A DNA stretch of 64,000 bases, taken from positions 434,001 to 498,000 of the forward strand of contig JAIVFI010000028.1 of assembly GCA_025558095.1 (NCBI GenBank). Direction: 5' to 3'. The position numbers and the translations under genes were made by a program. This document shows positions 1 through 11,640 of this stretch, one piece after another (the first letter of the stretch is position 1; the number at the start of each line of letters is the position of its first letter). This DNA is from Hyaloraphidium curvatum SAG 235-1 (Eukaryota > Fungi > Monoblepharomycota). Below the pieces are notes generated by a model. That model searched no databases. It was not told the DNA's origin and worked only from the letters and a program-made list of their open reading frames with translations.

Positions 1-1047
1 ATCTCTGTCAAGATCCCTGCCGTTGACAAGAAGGATGAGGGTAGCTTGCCCGTGACAGTCAACAAGATGCGCATCTCTCGTGCAGACGTCACTTACACTG
101 AAGCCGACCGCCTTGGAGAAGGTGGTTTCGGCACGGTTTACCGTGGCTTGCTGCACGATACAACGATTGTAGCCATCAAGACCATCAAGGGGATTGTTGA
201 CCAGCGCGCTATCAAGCTGTTCCTGCAAGAGATCAGCATATGGGGCGGCCTAACGCAACGCAACAGTGAGTTTGTCTTTTGATGCTCAACAATTCCACCG
301 TTCTCATTCGAGCATACACTCTCCAGTCCTTCCTCTTCTTGCCTATTGCGATGACCCACCCATGATGGTATCGGAAATCGCATCGGATGGCAACATGAGG
401 GACCATATGGGTCGAATCGAGTGGGATCAAGTCAAGGGTCTCGACTATCTTCGCGGAGTTGCTGATGGCATGGCCTTTCTGCACTCTTTTAACGTTCTTC
501 ATGGAGACCTGAAGTGCATGAACGTTCTAATAGGTACGTCACTCCTCTTGGTTCCGCGCTGGGTTCAATCAGTGATGTGACTTCGTTGTTCTAGACCACG
601 GCATTGCCAAGATAGCCGACTTCGGCCTTTCTCGCATTCGTTCCATTTCAGCTGCTTCAACGAATTCCAAGACCGACTCGGTATCCGGAACCCCTTCCTT
701 CATGGCACCTGAGCTCTTCCAAGGCAAGAAGCTGCAAGCGCCTGCCGATGTCTATGCATTCGCCATGGTGATGTTTGAAGTTACGAGCAAAGGGGAGTTT
801 CCGTTAGAACATGTTCATGCGACGGTCGTAGGTTTCCACGGGCTTGCCTTGCTTTGGGCCGTCTCACATAATCGCGGCTGGTCAACAGATTCACCTCGTT
901 GTTCTAGAAGGCGGGCGTCCTGAACGCCCGGATTTGGCGACCGATGAAGCGTGGGCACTCATGCAGAGGATGTGGGAGCAGGATCCTGCCACCCGGCCAA
1001 GCTTCAGGGAGGTGCGCCTTGAGCTAGCCTCGTGGGCTTGGCAGTAG
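1..1047 (+). CDS. TKL-family protein kinase, C-terminal part (5' end outside window; 3 introns)
   Basis: Spliced motifs LGEGGFGTVY, VAIK, HGDLKCMNVL, KIADFGLS, GTPSFMAPE, DVYAFAM and RPSF. The first intron is GT..AG at 266-326. Confidence 0.9.
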
Positions 1048-1336
1048 CGACGAGGGACTGTTGAAGATGTGGAACATCAATGCTAGGATGTGCATGATGC
1101 AGTGTATGCGTATATTACTATCGCACATTCATTACACTACAGTAGGCTGCATGCATCATGAAGGTGTGTCTTCGATGGGGCAGATCATGAGCAGACCTCG
1201 AATCCCGTGTCTATTCCACCGAAAAAAGGGCCTAACCAACATAGAAGAAGAAGTTTCAGAGCAAAGAACGAGTACCTTCATGCGTATCAGCAGCGGGCCT
1301 GTGGGCGATGGCCCGAGAACCCACATGAAGGCGAAG

Positions 1337-2266
1337 TCAGTAGGCCAGCTCCTCCACGCGCGCGGCCCAGCGGTGGTAGGCGACCAGAAGGAGCATGGCG
1401 TCGGCGAGTTCGTCCTTTTTGCCGGGCATCTCGAAGATCGCGGCCACGGTGCCGGCAACAACCATGCCGCCGAAGTTGGCGTTGCCGATCATGTGCCGCG
1501 CACGTTCGACAGCTCGGGCCTTGCGGTACTTGTAGCGGCGCTTGCTCACCGCGGTCTTCTGCTTGCTGGTCATGTTCTGGTGCGCGGTGGGAGCGCCGAC
1601 CATGAGCCCGAACTCGGCGTCAATGCGCTTGGGGTCGACCAGCAGGACCTTGAAGCCGGCGGCAGACAGCGCGGCCACCATGGTGACTTCCCAGGCCACG
1701 AACTTGTGGGTGCCCTTGCGGACCTGGAAGTTGGTGCGGCCGTCGACGACATGCTGGCGCTCGAGGACGATGGTGACCTCCACGGGGTTGATCCCGGTCT
1801 CGGCGAGGGCGGCCGAGAGCCGCTCGGTCAAGGCACGGCCCCAGAAGACGAAGCGCTCGGCGCGATACCCTTCCGTCGCGAGGGGCACGGTTTCGAGGAC
1901 GCCGACGGAGGATAGCACCCCGAGCTGGTTGTCGTGGAGGGCGTACCAGGAGCGCTTGAGGCCCGGGTCGATGGCGAGGCGGTGGCGCGTCGGATAGATC
2001 GTGAGCTCCGCCAAGCGACAGACAAGCTCGATGCGCGACTTGCCGCCGGCGCCCAGAGCCTGCGAAGACGTAGTTAGCGCCGTTGAACATTCTCGCGCTG
2101 TTTGCGATGTCCGGTCGCCCCACAGGCACAGAAGAGCGGCCGACGCTAAATGCGGGCTTCGATGATAGGCTGGCGGCGCTGCGCAAGAGCCGATTGGAGC
2201 CCGCATGGCTGGGCCGCAGCTCGCGAATTGGAAGTTGGTTTGGGCGGACTCGCGCTCTCGCCGCAT
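1337..2266 (-). CDS. RuvC-like Holliday junction resolvase (Ydc2/Cce1 or poxvirus A22 type), apparently intronless; start uncertain
   Basis: The three catalytic motifs occur in order: LAIDPG, VLERQ and KKDELADAML. Confidence 0.75.
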   Translation of the reverse strand: MRRERESAQTNFQFASCGPAMRAPIGSCAAPPAYHRSPHLASAALLCLWGDRTSQTARECSTALTTSSQALGAGGKSRIELVCRLAELTIYPTRHRLAIDPGLKRSWYALHDNQLGVLSSVGVLETVPLATEGYRAERFVFWGRALTERLSAALAETGINPVEVTIVLERQHVVDGRTNFQVRKGTHKFVAWEVTMVAALSAAGFKVLLVDPKRIDAEFGLMVGAPTAHQNMTSKQKTAVSKRRYKYRKARAVERARHMIGNANFGGMVVAGTVAAIFEMPGKKDELADAMLLLVAYHRWAARVEELAY

Positions 2267-2535
2267 GCATGGAAAGTCAATAACCCGCTAGCCGGTGGTC
2301 AAGTATAGCTTTATTACACACATCACGGGCCGGTGGGTTGACATGCAGACCAGTCCGGGTCACTGCTTTCGACACGGCATGTGGCACGAGCCGACGCGGG
2401 CGAAGCGCGAAGGCTGCTAGCGGCGCCGCGGACGCGAGCCCCGCCTGTGCCGCAGTAGTGGACACCATGGACTTCTGCGCCGCTACCGCAATCTTGCTTC
2501 GTGTTTCTCATTTGTTTCGCATTCCCAGGGACACC

Positions 2536-2982
2536 ATGGCGGCGCTCTTTACGGGCCTCCGCCGTTTCCGGCTGTCGCGACTCGCGGGAGCTCGGTTTTC
2601 AACCGACAGCCTCGTGTCCGAGAGCCCGATACAGCACTTGCAGCGAAATGCGAGAGCGTACTCTCTCCTCGCCGCGCCTTTCGGCCTTCTTTTGGCCTTT
2701 GGCCTCCGCGTTGAGGTACCACCTACGCCGTTCCCTTTTCTTCGTGGTACTCCTGACGCTGGTTCGATCCAGAGCTCGTTGAAGTCTGATATGCAGTCTA
2801 TGAAAGCGGAGATACACCGGGACATTGCCCGCGTCGAAACTGATATCGGTCGCATCGAGGTACTTTTCTTCTCGTGCCTCCGCAGTCGTTGTCTGACTGC
2901 GTGCCACCAAAAGGTCACACTGCAGCACTTGCACAAGGATGTTGGGGAACTCAAGGGCCTCCTCACCAAGAACGTGGCGTGA
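2536..2982 (+). CDS. Small putative mitochondrial membrane coiled-coil protein (probably 2 introns)
   Basis: Arg-rich presequence-like N-terminus (MAALFTGLRRFRLSRL), one hydrophobic segment, then a heptad-like segment SSLKSDMQSMKAEIHRDIARVETDIGRIE..VTLQHLHKDVGELK. GTAC..AG intron-like gaps are present. Confidence 0.5.
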   Translation: MAALFTGLRRFRLSRLAGARFSTDSLVSESPIQHLQRNARAYSLLAAPFGLLLAFGLRVEVPPTPFPFLRGTPDAGSIQSSLKSDMQSMKAEIHRDIARVETDIGRIEVLFFSCLRSRCLTACHQKVTLQHLHKDVGELKGLLTKNVA

Positions 2983-3091
2983 CAGCTTCAAGGGCATCGT
3001 TGGTGGTGGACGGGACTCAGTGTGCATGGGTAGTGATTCGCAGCATGGGCGTCTGCGGCTGTGCTTTGTCGATAAGCCTCTTTGTTGTGCA

Positions 3092-3578
3092 TTAGAAGGT
3101 ACGGACGTACATAATAAGAAAGAGAGGGGAAGGAGAAGGGGAAAGAGGTGAGAAATCTTCATCCCTGCCCTCCTTTTTGGCTATCGTCAGTAGTGACTCC
3201 ATGTTGCCCGTGATGGTGTCCGCCCGCGCCACGACCGCGTCGGCGACGCGCTCTTGGACCGAGGCTCGGGCGCCAGCGCCCCGTTGCCGATCTGCACGCC
3301 CTGGCCGGAACCCCTGTAATACCCATTGCCCACGATGTGGGAGCGAATGCGAGCCCTGCATCGTCCGGTAATCCCATCACCCGCAAACGAGGGTCGTCGA
3401 CCAGGTTCTCCAGCTGTAGCACCAGGATTTGCGCATCCTCCAGGAGTCCGCGGATCTCGAGCAGGCGGGAGCCGAGCGTGGGCGGTTCCGCGTGGCCGGG
3501 GGCCCAGCTGCCGTCCAGCGACGAAGAAAAGGCAAAAAGCTCTACGGCCATGGACTCGAGAGAGCGTCCGGCGGCCAT
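3092..3578 (-). CDS. Hypothetical protein
   Basis: Two overlapping ORFs with protein-like helical composition and no recognisable motif. Confidence 0.3.
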
Positions 3579-3629
3579 ATTGTCTGACCAGACGACGAAC
3601 CGCTGTGCGGCTTCACTCGACGCTGCCGC

Positions 3630-5432
3630 ATGCCGCCGCGGCGGGCTGTCACCAAACAGACCGCGAATCCCGGTTCCACTGCCGCCATGTGTTCGTCATT
3701 AAAACATCCTTCTGCCGAAGAAGCTGAAGAAGCCGAAGAAGGGGCAGACGTGCGTCCGGCCCCCAATCTGCACCTGCTCCCGCCCGAAATCCTCGACGCG
3801 GTCCTGCGACGTCTCCCGCCGTGGGACCTCCTCAGCGCCGCGCGCACGCATTCCCTCCTCGCCGAACCCGCGCTGCGCTGCCTCTGGTGCGAGATGCACG
3901 TGTTCGGCGGGCCGCCGCGTGCGTCGTTCGCCGGCGGAGGCTTCGCGGACTATACTTCATTCGTTCGCTCGGTCGTATCGGGGTGGTTTGCCCTCGATTC
4001 GCCGGCACTGGACGCGGTGCTGTCCCGCGTGGGCGCGAACCTCGCCAAGCTGGACCTGTGGCGCCTCCGGATCCGCGCCGAACATGCCGCCAAGGGGTCG
4101 GACGTCGCGCTCGCGTCGCACCTCTCGGACCGCTTGACCACGCTGGACATCTCGGACGTGTCGACGGGGTTGAAACGGGAGCTGATCGAGCGCCCGGGGC
4201 TTTTGTTGCAGGCTGCCGCGGCGCGGTGCACCAATCTGAGGCGACTCTATGTCCACGAGACGTGCCTCGACCCGGCGGTGCTGCTCGGGGTGCTCGAGGG
4301 CCTGCCGCGGCTGGAGGAACTGTGGATGGGGCATGGAAGCTGGGCCGCAAAGAAGCCGGGCAGGTTTATTGCGGTCCAACAGGCGCAAATCGACGGGATG
4401 GCCAAGGCCGTGTCGGGATCGCTCAAGGAGCTGGGGCTGTTCCAAATGACCATGGACGGGCGGGCCTGCCGCGTGCTGCGTCCCTTCCTGGAGCGGTGTC
4501 CGCAGCTTCACAGCCTTGTTTTCAAACGGAACGACGCTAGGCATATCTTCGGGGACATGATCGAGGCCGCGGGGAGGCCGGGCTCGGCGGCCGGCCGCGC
4601 GGTGGCGGAGACGACGTCGCTGCGCGTCAAGATCGCCGCGGCGACGGAGCTGGAACCCTTTCTGGCGCTCCTGCCATCACTCACTTCGCTGACCTTTCTC
4701 CACCTGACGCTCTACTTTGACTTTCGCGATCCGAAAGCGGAGCTGAACGGGCTCACAAGGCTGACGGCCGCGCTCGAAGCCCTCCGGCTTCCGGCGCTGG
4801 AAACCCTCCGCCTCTCGCTCGAAATCTCCTACTCGACCTCGCTGGAAGCGGGCGAACGGGACGGCCTGTTTGCTTCCCTCCTGACCCGTCTTGACGTCTC
4901 TTTCCCGTCACTCTCGCACCTCGACTTCAAGGCGGCCTTCATGGACTCTCACTCCAAACAGGTCGCCTGGGGTCCGCTGACATCTTCGGCTCTCGCTAGC
5001 GTGGCCGCCGCCAAGGTGGACCGCGGCAGCCCGCTGCGCCGCCTCTCCGCCTCGGCATGGCACCTCGCTTCCCGCTCCGATCTCGCCGCAATGCTCGCCC
5101 CCTTCAGCGGCCGACTCTCCTCCCTCGTCCTCCGCGATGCCCCGCCCTCGCTCATTGTGGAGCTCAAATCCACATTCGGCAACGACGCGTGGGAGGAGGC
5201 CTGCGCCGCCGGTGCGCCTCTAGGCGTACGCGAGGCCATGCCGTGGAGGCGGTGGGCGGGACAGGCCGAGTTCTGGAGCAGCACCGGGTGGGGGATGTTC
5301 GACAATGCCGGGGGGGAAGGTGGAGAGGACGGGGAGGAGGAGACGTACGAAACGCACTATGCGTGGTTCGGGTCGGCAGGGGCGATCGCTTTTGCGGCGT
5401 GGGCCGACGGGCAGGCCGGGGCCGCAGAGTGA
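3630..5432 (+). CDS. F-box / leucine-rich-repeat protein
   Basis: 600-aa ORF. F-box LHLLPPEILDAVLRRLPPWDLLSAARTHSLL is followed by LxxLxL repeats (CTNLRRLYV, LPRLEELWM, CPQLHSLVF). Confidence 0.8.
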   Translation: MPPRRAVTKQTANPGSTAAMCSSLKHPSAEEAEEAEEGADVRPAPNLHLLPPEILDAVLRRLPPWDLLSAARTHSLLAEPALRCLWCEMHVFGGPPRASFAGGGFADYTSFVRSVVSGWFALDSPALDAVLSRVGANLAKLDLWRLRIRAEHAAKGSDVALASHLSDRLTTLDISDVSTGLKRELIERPGLLLQAAAARCTNLRRLYVHETCLDPAVLLGVLEGLPRLEELWMGHGSWAAKKPGRFIAVQQAQIDGMAKAVSGSLKELGLFQMTMDGRACRVLRPFLERCPQLHSLVFKRNDARHIFGDMIEAAGRPGSAAGRAVAETTSLRVKIAAATELEPFLALLPSLTSLTFLHLTLYFDFRDPKAELNGLTRLTAALEALRLPALETLRLSLEISYSTSLEAGERDGLFASLLTRLDVSFPSLSHLDFKAAFMDSHSKQVAWGPLTSSALASVAAAKVDRGSPLRRLSASAWHLASRSDLAAMLAPFSGRLSSLVLRDAPPSLIVELKSTFGNDAWEEACAAGAPLGVREAMPWRRWAGQAEFWSSTGWGMFDNAGGEGGEDGEEETYETHYAWFGSAGAIAFAAWADGQAGAAE

Positions 5433-5697
5433 CGGGATCCTGGCCAGGTGTACTGTTCCATCCATCTTGTTTCCATGGCAGTCAAGACTTCATGCTTGTC
5501 CGACGATCGTGCCGAGGCAAGCAAGCCCGTGCGATGATTGGAGGCGCGGCCAAACAAGTCGACAAACCAATTGCCAGCACATCCGACCCGGCTCCCCGCC
5601 TATGCGATGGCGTGACGGCCGGACTGTGTTTGGACTTGCCCTTCCGGCCTTTCGATCTGCGGGTTCTCGGGGTTTCGGCGGGACAGCAGCTTCGGCG

Positions 5698-8549
5698 ATG
5701 CGGTGGACGCTGCAGGTCGTCGGCGGCGGCACGGCCGGCGGGACGCCCGACGCCCCGGCTGCGGCCGCCCACGCGATCAGCGACGGAGCGGTGGGCGCGG
5801 CGGTGTTTGCGCTGCGGTTCGCGTCGCAGAGCTATCTGTTCAACGCGCCCGAGGCGGCGCAGCGCGCGCTGACGGCCCGCGGCGTGCGCGTCGCCACGAA
5901 GCTGCGCCACGTCTTCCTGTCGGGCGCGCCGGGCTGGGGCCGCTGGGGCGGGCTGCCGGGCCTGCTGCTCACCGTCGCCGACGCCGTGCCCGCGGGCCGC
6001 ACGCTGCACGTGCACGGCGGCGACGGCGTCACGCACTGCCTCGGCTCCATGCGCTGGTTCGTCTACCGCGGCTCCGTGCGCGTCGAGGTCGAGGAATACC
6101 CGCGGCACGCCCCGGCCGCCGGCAGCTTTGACTTTGAGGACGAGAACCTGCGCGTCAAGGTGGTGGCCGCTCCTCCCGGCCCGGACGCCGGCCACTTGCC
6201 GGATGCCTCGTCGGCCGACGGCGCGCTCGGAGCCCAATACGAACAAGCCCTCCTGGTTTTTGAGGAGCTGGAGAAGCAGTGCGGCTCGCTGGACGACGGC
6301 GGAGGCGTTCCCGCCGCCATGGGCTTCGTGGTCACTTCTCCGTCGGACCAACCGGGCCCCTCCCCGCCGTCGCCGGCCCCCGGCTCGAAGCGCAAAGCGC
6401 ACCCCGGTCCCTCCCCCGAGGCACACGCCTACAAGAAGCAGGTCCTCTCCTCCATGTTCTCCTCCTCCGCCTCGGACCCGCTCGCCCCCCTCCCCGACTC
6501 GGACTACGCCGGCCCCGCGCGCCGCTCCCTCGCCCGCCTCCCGCACCACGCCCCTTCCCGCCTCGCGCTGTCGTACCTGATCCTGACCCCCGGCATCCCG
6601 GGCAAGTTCGACCCGGCCAAGGCCAAGGCGCTGGGGATCAAACCGGGCCCGCTGTTTGGCCAGCTGCAGCGCGGGACGCCGGTCGAGATCGAGGGGCGCG
6701 AGGTCAGGCCGGAGGAAGTGATCGGGCCGTCGAGGCACGGCGCGGTGCTGCTGGTCGTGGACGTGCCGGACGCGGGGTACCTGCCCGGCTTCGCGGAGGA
6801 GCTCGCGCGCAAGGCGGCCGAGCTGGACGGCGCCCTGAACGGGCGGGCCGGGTGGGTGGACGGGGCCAACAGGCTCGTCATTATCCACGCTGCGCCGCGG
6901 GAGGTGGTCGAGAGCGACCGGTATTGGGATGTCATGGCTGCCGCGGCCGAAACCATCGTCGGCCGCGAAGCCAGCGATCGGGTCATGCACCTGCTCTTCC
7001 ACTCGGGGACTGCATCGGACGCTTTGGAGCCCCCTCGCGAGCCGACCGTCGAGGAAGCGGTGCGGCGCTACTCGCCAACTTTTGCAAAGGCCGCCGGGAT
7101 CGCGTATCGCTTCTCGCGGATCGACGGCACCGTCTTTCCCGACCCCGCCGAGCTGGCCCGGACGTACCCCCCCGTGCAGCCGGCCACCGCGGCGCCGAAG
7201 CGGCCTGCCGTAATCCCCGCCCTGCCCCTGCTCGAGCTCGTCGTTGAGCCGGCCCCGCCAAAGGTCGACCTCGCAAACTTGCCCGGGCCGTTCGCGGACC
7301 TTCGCAAGGAGATCGACGCCGAGGGCGCCGAGACCTGGGCTGCTGACCTGCCGGACCTGCTCCCGGGCTACTGCGGCGCGGACGACGAGCCGCCGTTCGT
7401 GGAGCCGGCCGACCCCGACTCGCAGATTGAGGTGTGGCCGCTCGGCACCGGCTCGGCGGTGCCGTCAAAGTACCGCAACGTCTCCTCCACCCTCGTCATC
7501 CTCCCCCGACCGTCGGCATACGGCCTGCTGGATCCAGACGCGCCCGATCCGCGGCCGACTGTGCTGCTGGACTGCGGCGAGTCCACCCTTGGCCAGATCC
7601 GAAGGCTGCTGCCGCACCCCGCCTCGGAATCCGCCATCCTCAACCTGCGCCTCGTGTTCCTTTCCCATCTCCACGCAGACCACCAGCTCGGCCTGGTTGG
7701 CGTTCTCCGCGAGCGATGGAGGTTGCACCGCCTCCGGGGTACCCCGCCGGAACAGGTGCCCAAGGTGCTCCTCGTCGCCCCGTGGAAGTACCGCCTCTTC
7801 CTGGACGAATACTCGGACCTCGAGGAGCCCGGCTCGGTCCGCGAGCAGGTCCTCTTCCTCGAAAGCGAGGCCCTCGTCGACCCGGCTTGCCACGGGAACG
7901 ACCCCCAGGGGGCCAACTGGCGCGGATGGCACGGCACCGCGGGCTGGGCCCCGCGCAGCGGGCATTCCCCCGCGACCATCGGCCCCCTGTTCCGCGAGCA
8001 CGGGATCCCCCTGGCCTCGTTCGCCACCGTGCCGGTGAAGCACTGCGCCGCCGCGTTCGCGGGGACTTTTGCCACCCCGCGCGGGTTCAGGGTGGGCTTT
8101 TCGGGGGACTGCAGGCCGTCGATGCTGTTTGCGGCCGTGGCGAGGGGTTGCGATGTGCTGGTGCACGAGGCGACGTTCGAGGACGGGATGGAAGACGAGG
8201 CGAAGGCAAAGAGGCACTGCACGGTGGGGGAGGCGGTGGCGATCGGGCAAGCGTGGGTTCAGGGACGGCCGTTTGCGAACAAATTGCGCTGACAACTCGC
8301 TGCCTACGAACCCACAGCATGAACGCCCGCTTCCTCCTCCTCACGCACTTCTCGCAGCGCTACCCCAAGGCCCCACCCCTCCCGCCGCCGACGCCGGGCA
8401 TGCTCGTTGCGCTGGCCTACGACGGCCTGCGGATCCGCATGGGGAGCACCGACCCGGCGCGGCTCGACAGGCTGTTCGGATCGCGCGAGGGCAGGAGGGT
8501 GCTGGACGCCATGACGGACAGGGAGGAGAGGGAGGAGGAGGCGGCGTGA
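5698..8549 (+). CDS. TRZ1: tRNase Z long form (ELAC2/Trz1); intron 8253-8317
   Basis: Motifs YLFNAPE, GKFDPAKAKALGIKPGP (exosite), LGTGSAVPSKYRNVS, SHLHADHQLG, FSGDCRP, VHEATF and, after splicing, LTHFSQRYPK. Confidence 0.95.
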
Positions 8550-8763
8550 GGGCGATCTCCTCGAGACGGCGGATCGGGCCGGCGGATGGACGGTGCTTTG
8601 CTGTAATGGAGCAGGGTTCCATTCATGGAGCGATTCGGCCGATCTTTGTCTTTCCGTCCTTGCCACCGACGCGCGAGGAGTTTTGGCTTTGGCCGCCCGC
8701 AACCAACTGTCTCCCTCACCTTCGCGAATACAAGTTTCCGTCACGTAGCGGCCTACTGCGACG

Positions 8764-11268
8764 ATGGAGCTGCCGGCGGAGCTTCTCTCCCAGCTGGACT
8801 TTGACCCCGTCGCGCTCCGGAAGAAGTGTGGGTGTTTTCGACCGTCCTCCGGCGACGCCGCTGAACCTCCCGCAGACGACGAGGAGCGCGACAAGCGCCT
8901 GCGTCCCGACGGCAACGAGCAGTGGATCCTGACCGACGGCGATCTCGCAAAGTACCGCGACGACCCGCACACGAAGCCGAAGCCGCGGGCGGCGGTCGAC
9001 GAGGAATGCGAGGTCGCGCTGCTCGGCGGCGGGTTCGGCACCCTCGTGGTCGGGTCCAAGCTCACCAAGGCGGGAGTTACGGGGATCAGGGTCATCGAGG
9101 AGGGCGGCGGCTTCGGCGGGACCTGTGGGTGGAGGCGCAGACCACCACGGATCGTTCTTTTAATCTCCCTCTCTCCGGGGCCTCTCGCTCTCTGTCACTC
9201 GGCGCTTCAAACCTTCACCAGGGTATTGGAACCGCTACCCGAACGCCAAGTGCGACACCGAGAGCTATGTCTGTGGGTGGAACGCCGTCGTTCCTCATTG
9301 TTCCGACAGAATGCGAACTGCCACCTCGGTGTAGACCTGCCCCTGCTTGAAGAGTCCGGCTTCATGCCGTCGACCAAGTACCCCGCGCAGAACGAAATCC
9401 TGGCGCACTGCGAATCGCTCGCTAAGCGGTTCGGCCTCTACGACAACGCCCTTCTTTCGACCCACGTCACCTCTATGGAATGGGACGACGTCGAGAAGCG
9501 CTGGCACATCAGGACCGATCGAGGCGACCACCTTCGCGCCCGCACGGTCGTGGTTTCGGTCGGGAACCTCACCAGGGCCAAGCTCCCGGGGATCGAAGGC
9601 ATCCGCCGCTTCAAGGGGCAGTCGTTCCACACGAGCCGCTGGGACTACTCCATCACCGGCGGGGATTCGACGGGAAACCTCACGAAGCTCAAGGACAAGG
9701 TGGTCGGCATCATCGGGACGGGAGGTAGGCCTTGTCCTGGTGTCTTTTCGGTCCCCATTTGATCCAGAGTCCCAACCAGCCACGGCTATCCAGTGCATCC
9801 CGGCGCTGGGCGAGCACGCCAAGCACCTCTATGTCTTCCAGAGGACGCCGTCGGCCGTCGATAGGCGAGGAGAAAAGAAGACGGATCTGGACTGGTGGAA
9901 AGAGATGACGTCGAAGCCTGGGTGGCAGCGCCGGAGGATCGAGTCGTTCAGCAACGTCACTTCGGGCATCGAGGACGAGGACCTGGTCAACGACGGATGG
10001 GGTGCGGTGATGCGCAAGATGACGACCGTCAAGCAGCGTTTCGCTGGCATGAAGATCAAGGTCGCGGACATGCTGCAGCTGGCGGACATGGAGCACATGA
10101 ACAGCATTCGGAAGCTCGTCGACGAGGTCGTCCAGGACAAAGAGACCGCCGAGAAACTCAAACCCTACTTCGGCTTCTGGTGTGCGTATCGTGCCTATCA
10201 TCTCGGCTCATGTGCAGTCCGATGGTTGAACGGCGTCCGCGAAGACTAGCTGGTTGACCTGTCCCGGCCCTCCTCCAGGCAAGCGGCCCTGCTTCTCCGA
10301 CACGTATTTGCAGACCTTCAACCGCGCAAATGTCACACTCGTGGACACGGACGGCAAGGGCGTTCAGGGCTTGACCGAAGACGGCGTCGTTGCGGTGCGT
10401 GGGTCTATGGACGCGTGCCAACCCGGAACTAAACCGCAATTCCCCCACCTCTCGTATCGACCACAGAACGGAAAGGAGTACAAGGTTGACCTCCTGATCT
10501 TCGCCACCGGCTTCGAGTACGGAGCTATCTCGCCCGGGACCTGGGAGCACCGGCTCGGAATCAAGTGCACAGGACGGAACGGCATCTCTCTCACCCAGAA
10601 GTGGAAGGACGGGGCGTCGACGTTCCACGGCATGACGGTGGGTCAAAATCGGGCGAGATTGGTCTTTCTGTTCTGATGGTCACCTGGAGTTTAGATCAGG
10701 GATTTCCCCTCACTCTTCTTCATGTCCAGCGTACAGTCGGCTCTCCCCTTCAACTGGCATCATCTCCTCTTCGAGCTGTCGGACTACATCGTCTACTGCG
10801 TCAAGCAGTACAAGGAGCGCGGCATACTGTCGATGGAGCCCACCCAGGAGGCCGAGGGTCGCTACACCGACCTGATCGTCAAGCTGGCGTCGCTACGAAG
10901 GTCGTTCTTCGAGGTGGGAACGTGCAGATGTGCGGCTGCCTGCTCCAGTTGACGCATGAGCCCGTTCCGCTCGGACCCTCGTTCGCCCGTTTACCGCACC
11001 CCCGAACACCCCCCGTGCACCTGAAACTGCCCTAATGCAAGTCTTGTATCCCGGGCTACTACAATGTATTTTTTGGTAACGCTGGGCGTTCTCTGGACTG
11101 ACCGGGGCGTCTCCCATGCAGGGCGAGGGTCAGGTCTTCCGTCGGCAGGCGCGTAACCTCCAGTACGGCGCGGGCCAGAATGCCTACTTCTCTCTCATCA
11201 GAAACTGGGCTTTGGAGGACAAGCTCGAGGGGATGGATATCGTGTACGCGCCCAAGGCGTCGCTCTGA
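8764..11268 (+). CDS. Type I Baeyer-Villiger flavin monooxygenase (multi-intron)
   Basis: GGGFG FAD motif, GGTW..NRYP, BVMO fingerprint FKGQSFHTSRWD, GTGATAIQ, FQRTPS, KRPCFSDTYLQTFN, FATGFE and PGYYN. Stop TGA at 11266-11268. Confidence 0.92.
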
Positions 11269-11640
11269 GGGGATGGAGAGGTTGGAGGCTCGGCGGAGCG
11301 TTGGAAATCCTCGAGCAAGCAGGCACAACGCAGTCTTCCGTTGGAAAATGTCACGAGTTGAATCGGATTTTGATGCGAGTCGATGCGATCGAGTGGCGTC
11401 CATCGGGATGTGGCCGCGTCGGACGGGTTCGGTCGGAAGGACACAGCCTCGCGCACGGCTCCGCCACACATCCTCGAAAGTCCGAACGTCTCCCGGAAAT
11501 CCCCCACGCCCCGCTCCCGAAATCGGCATGGCGGTGCACTCAGCAGGAAGAATATATATGGCCGGCCGCCCTACCGGCTCCCCATCGAACTCGACAGCAA
11601 TCAGCATCCACCCGACGCACTGAACCTCCGAACAACGACA

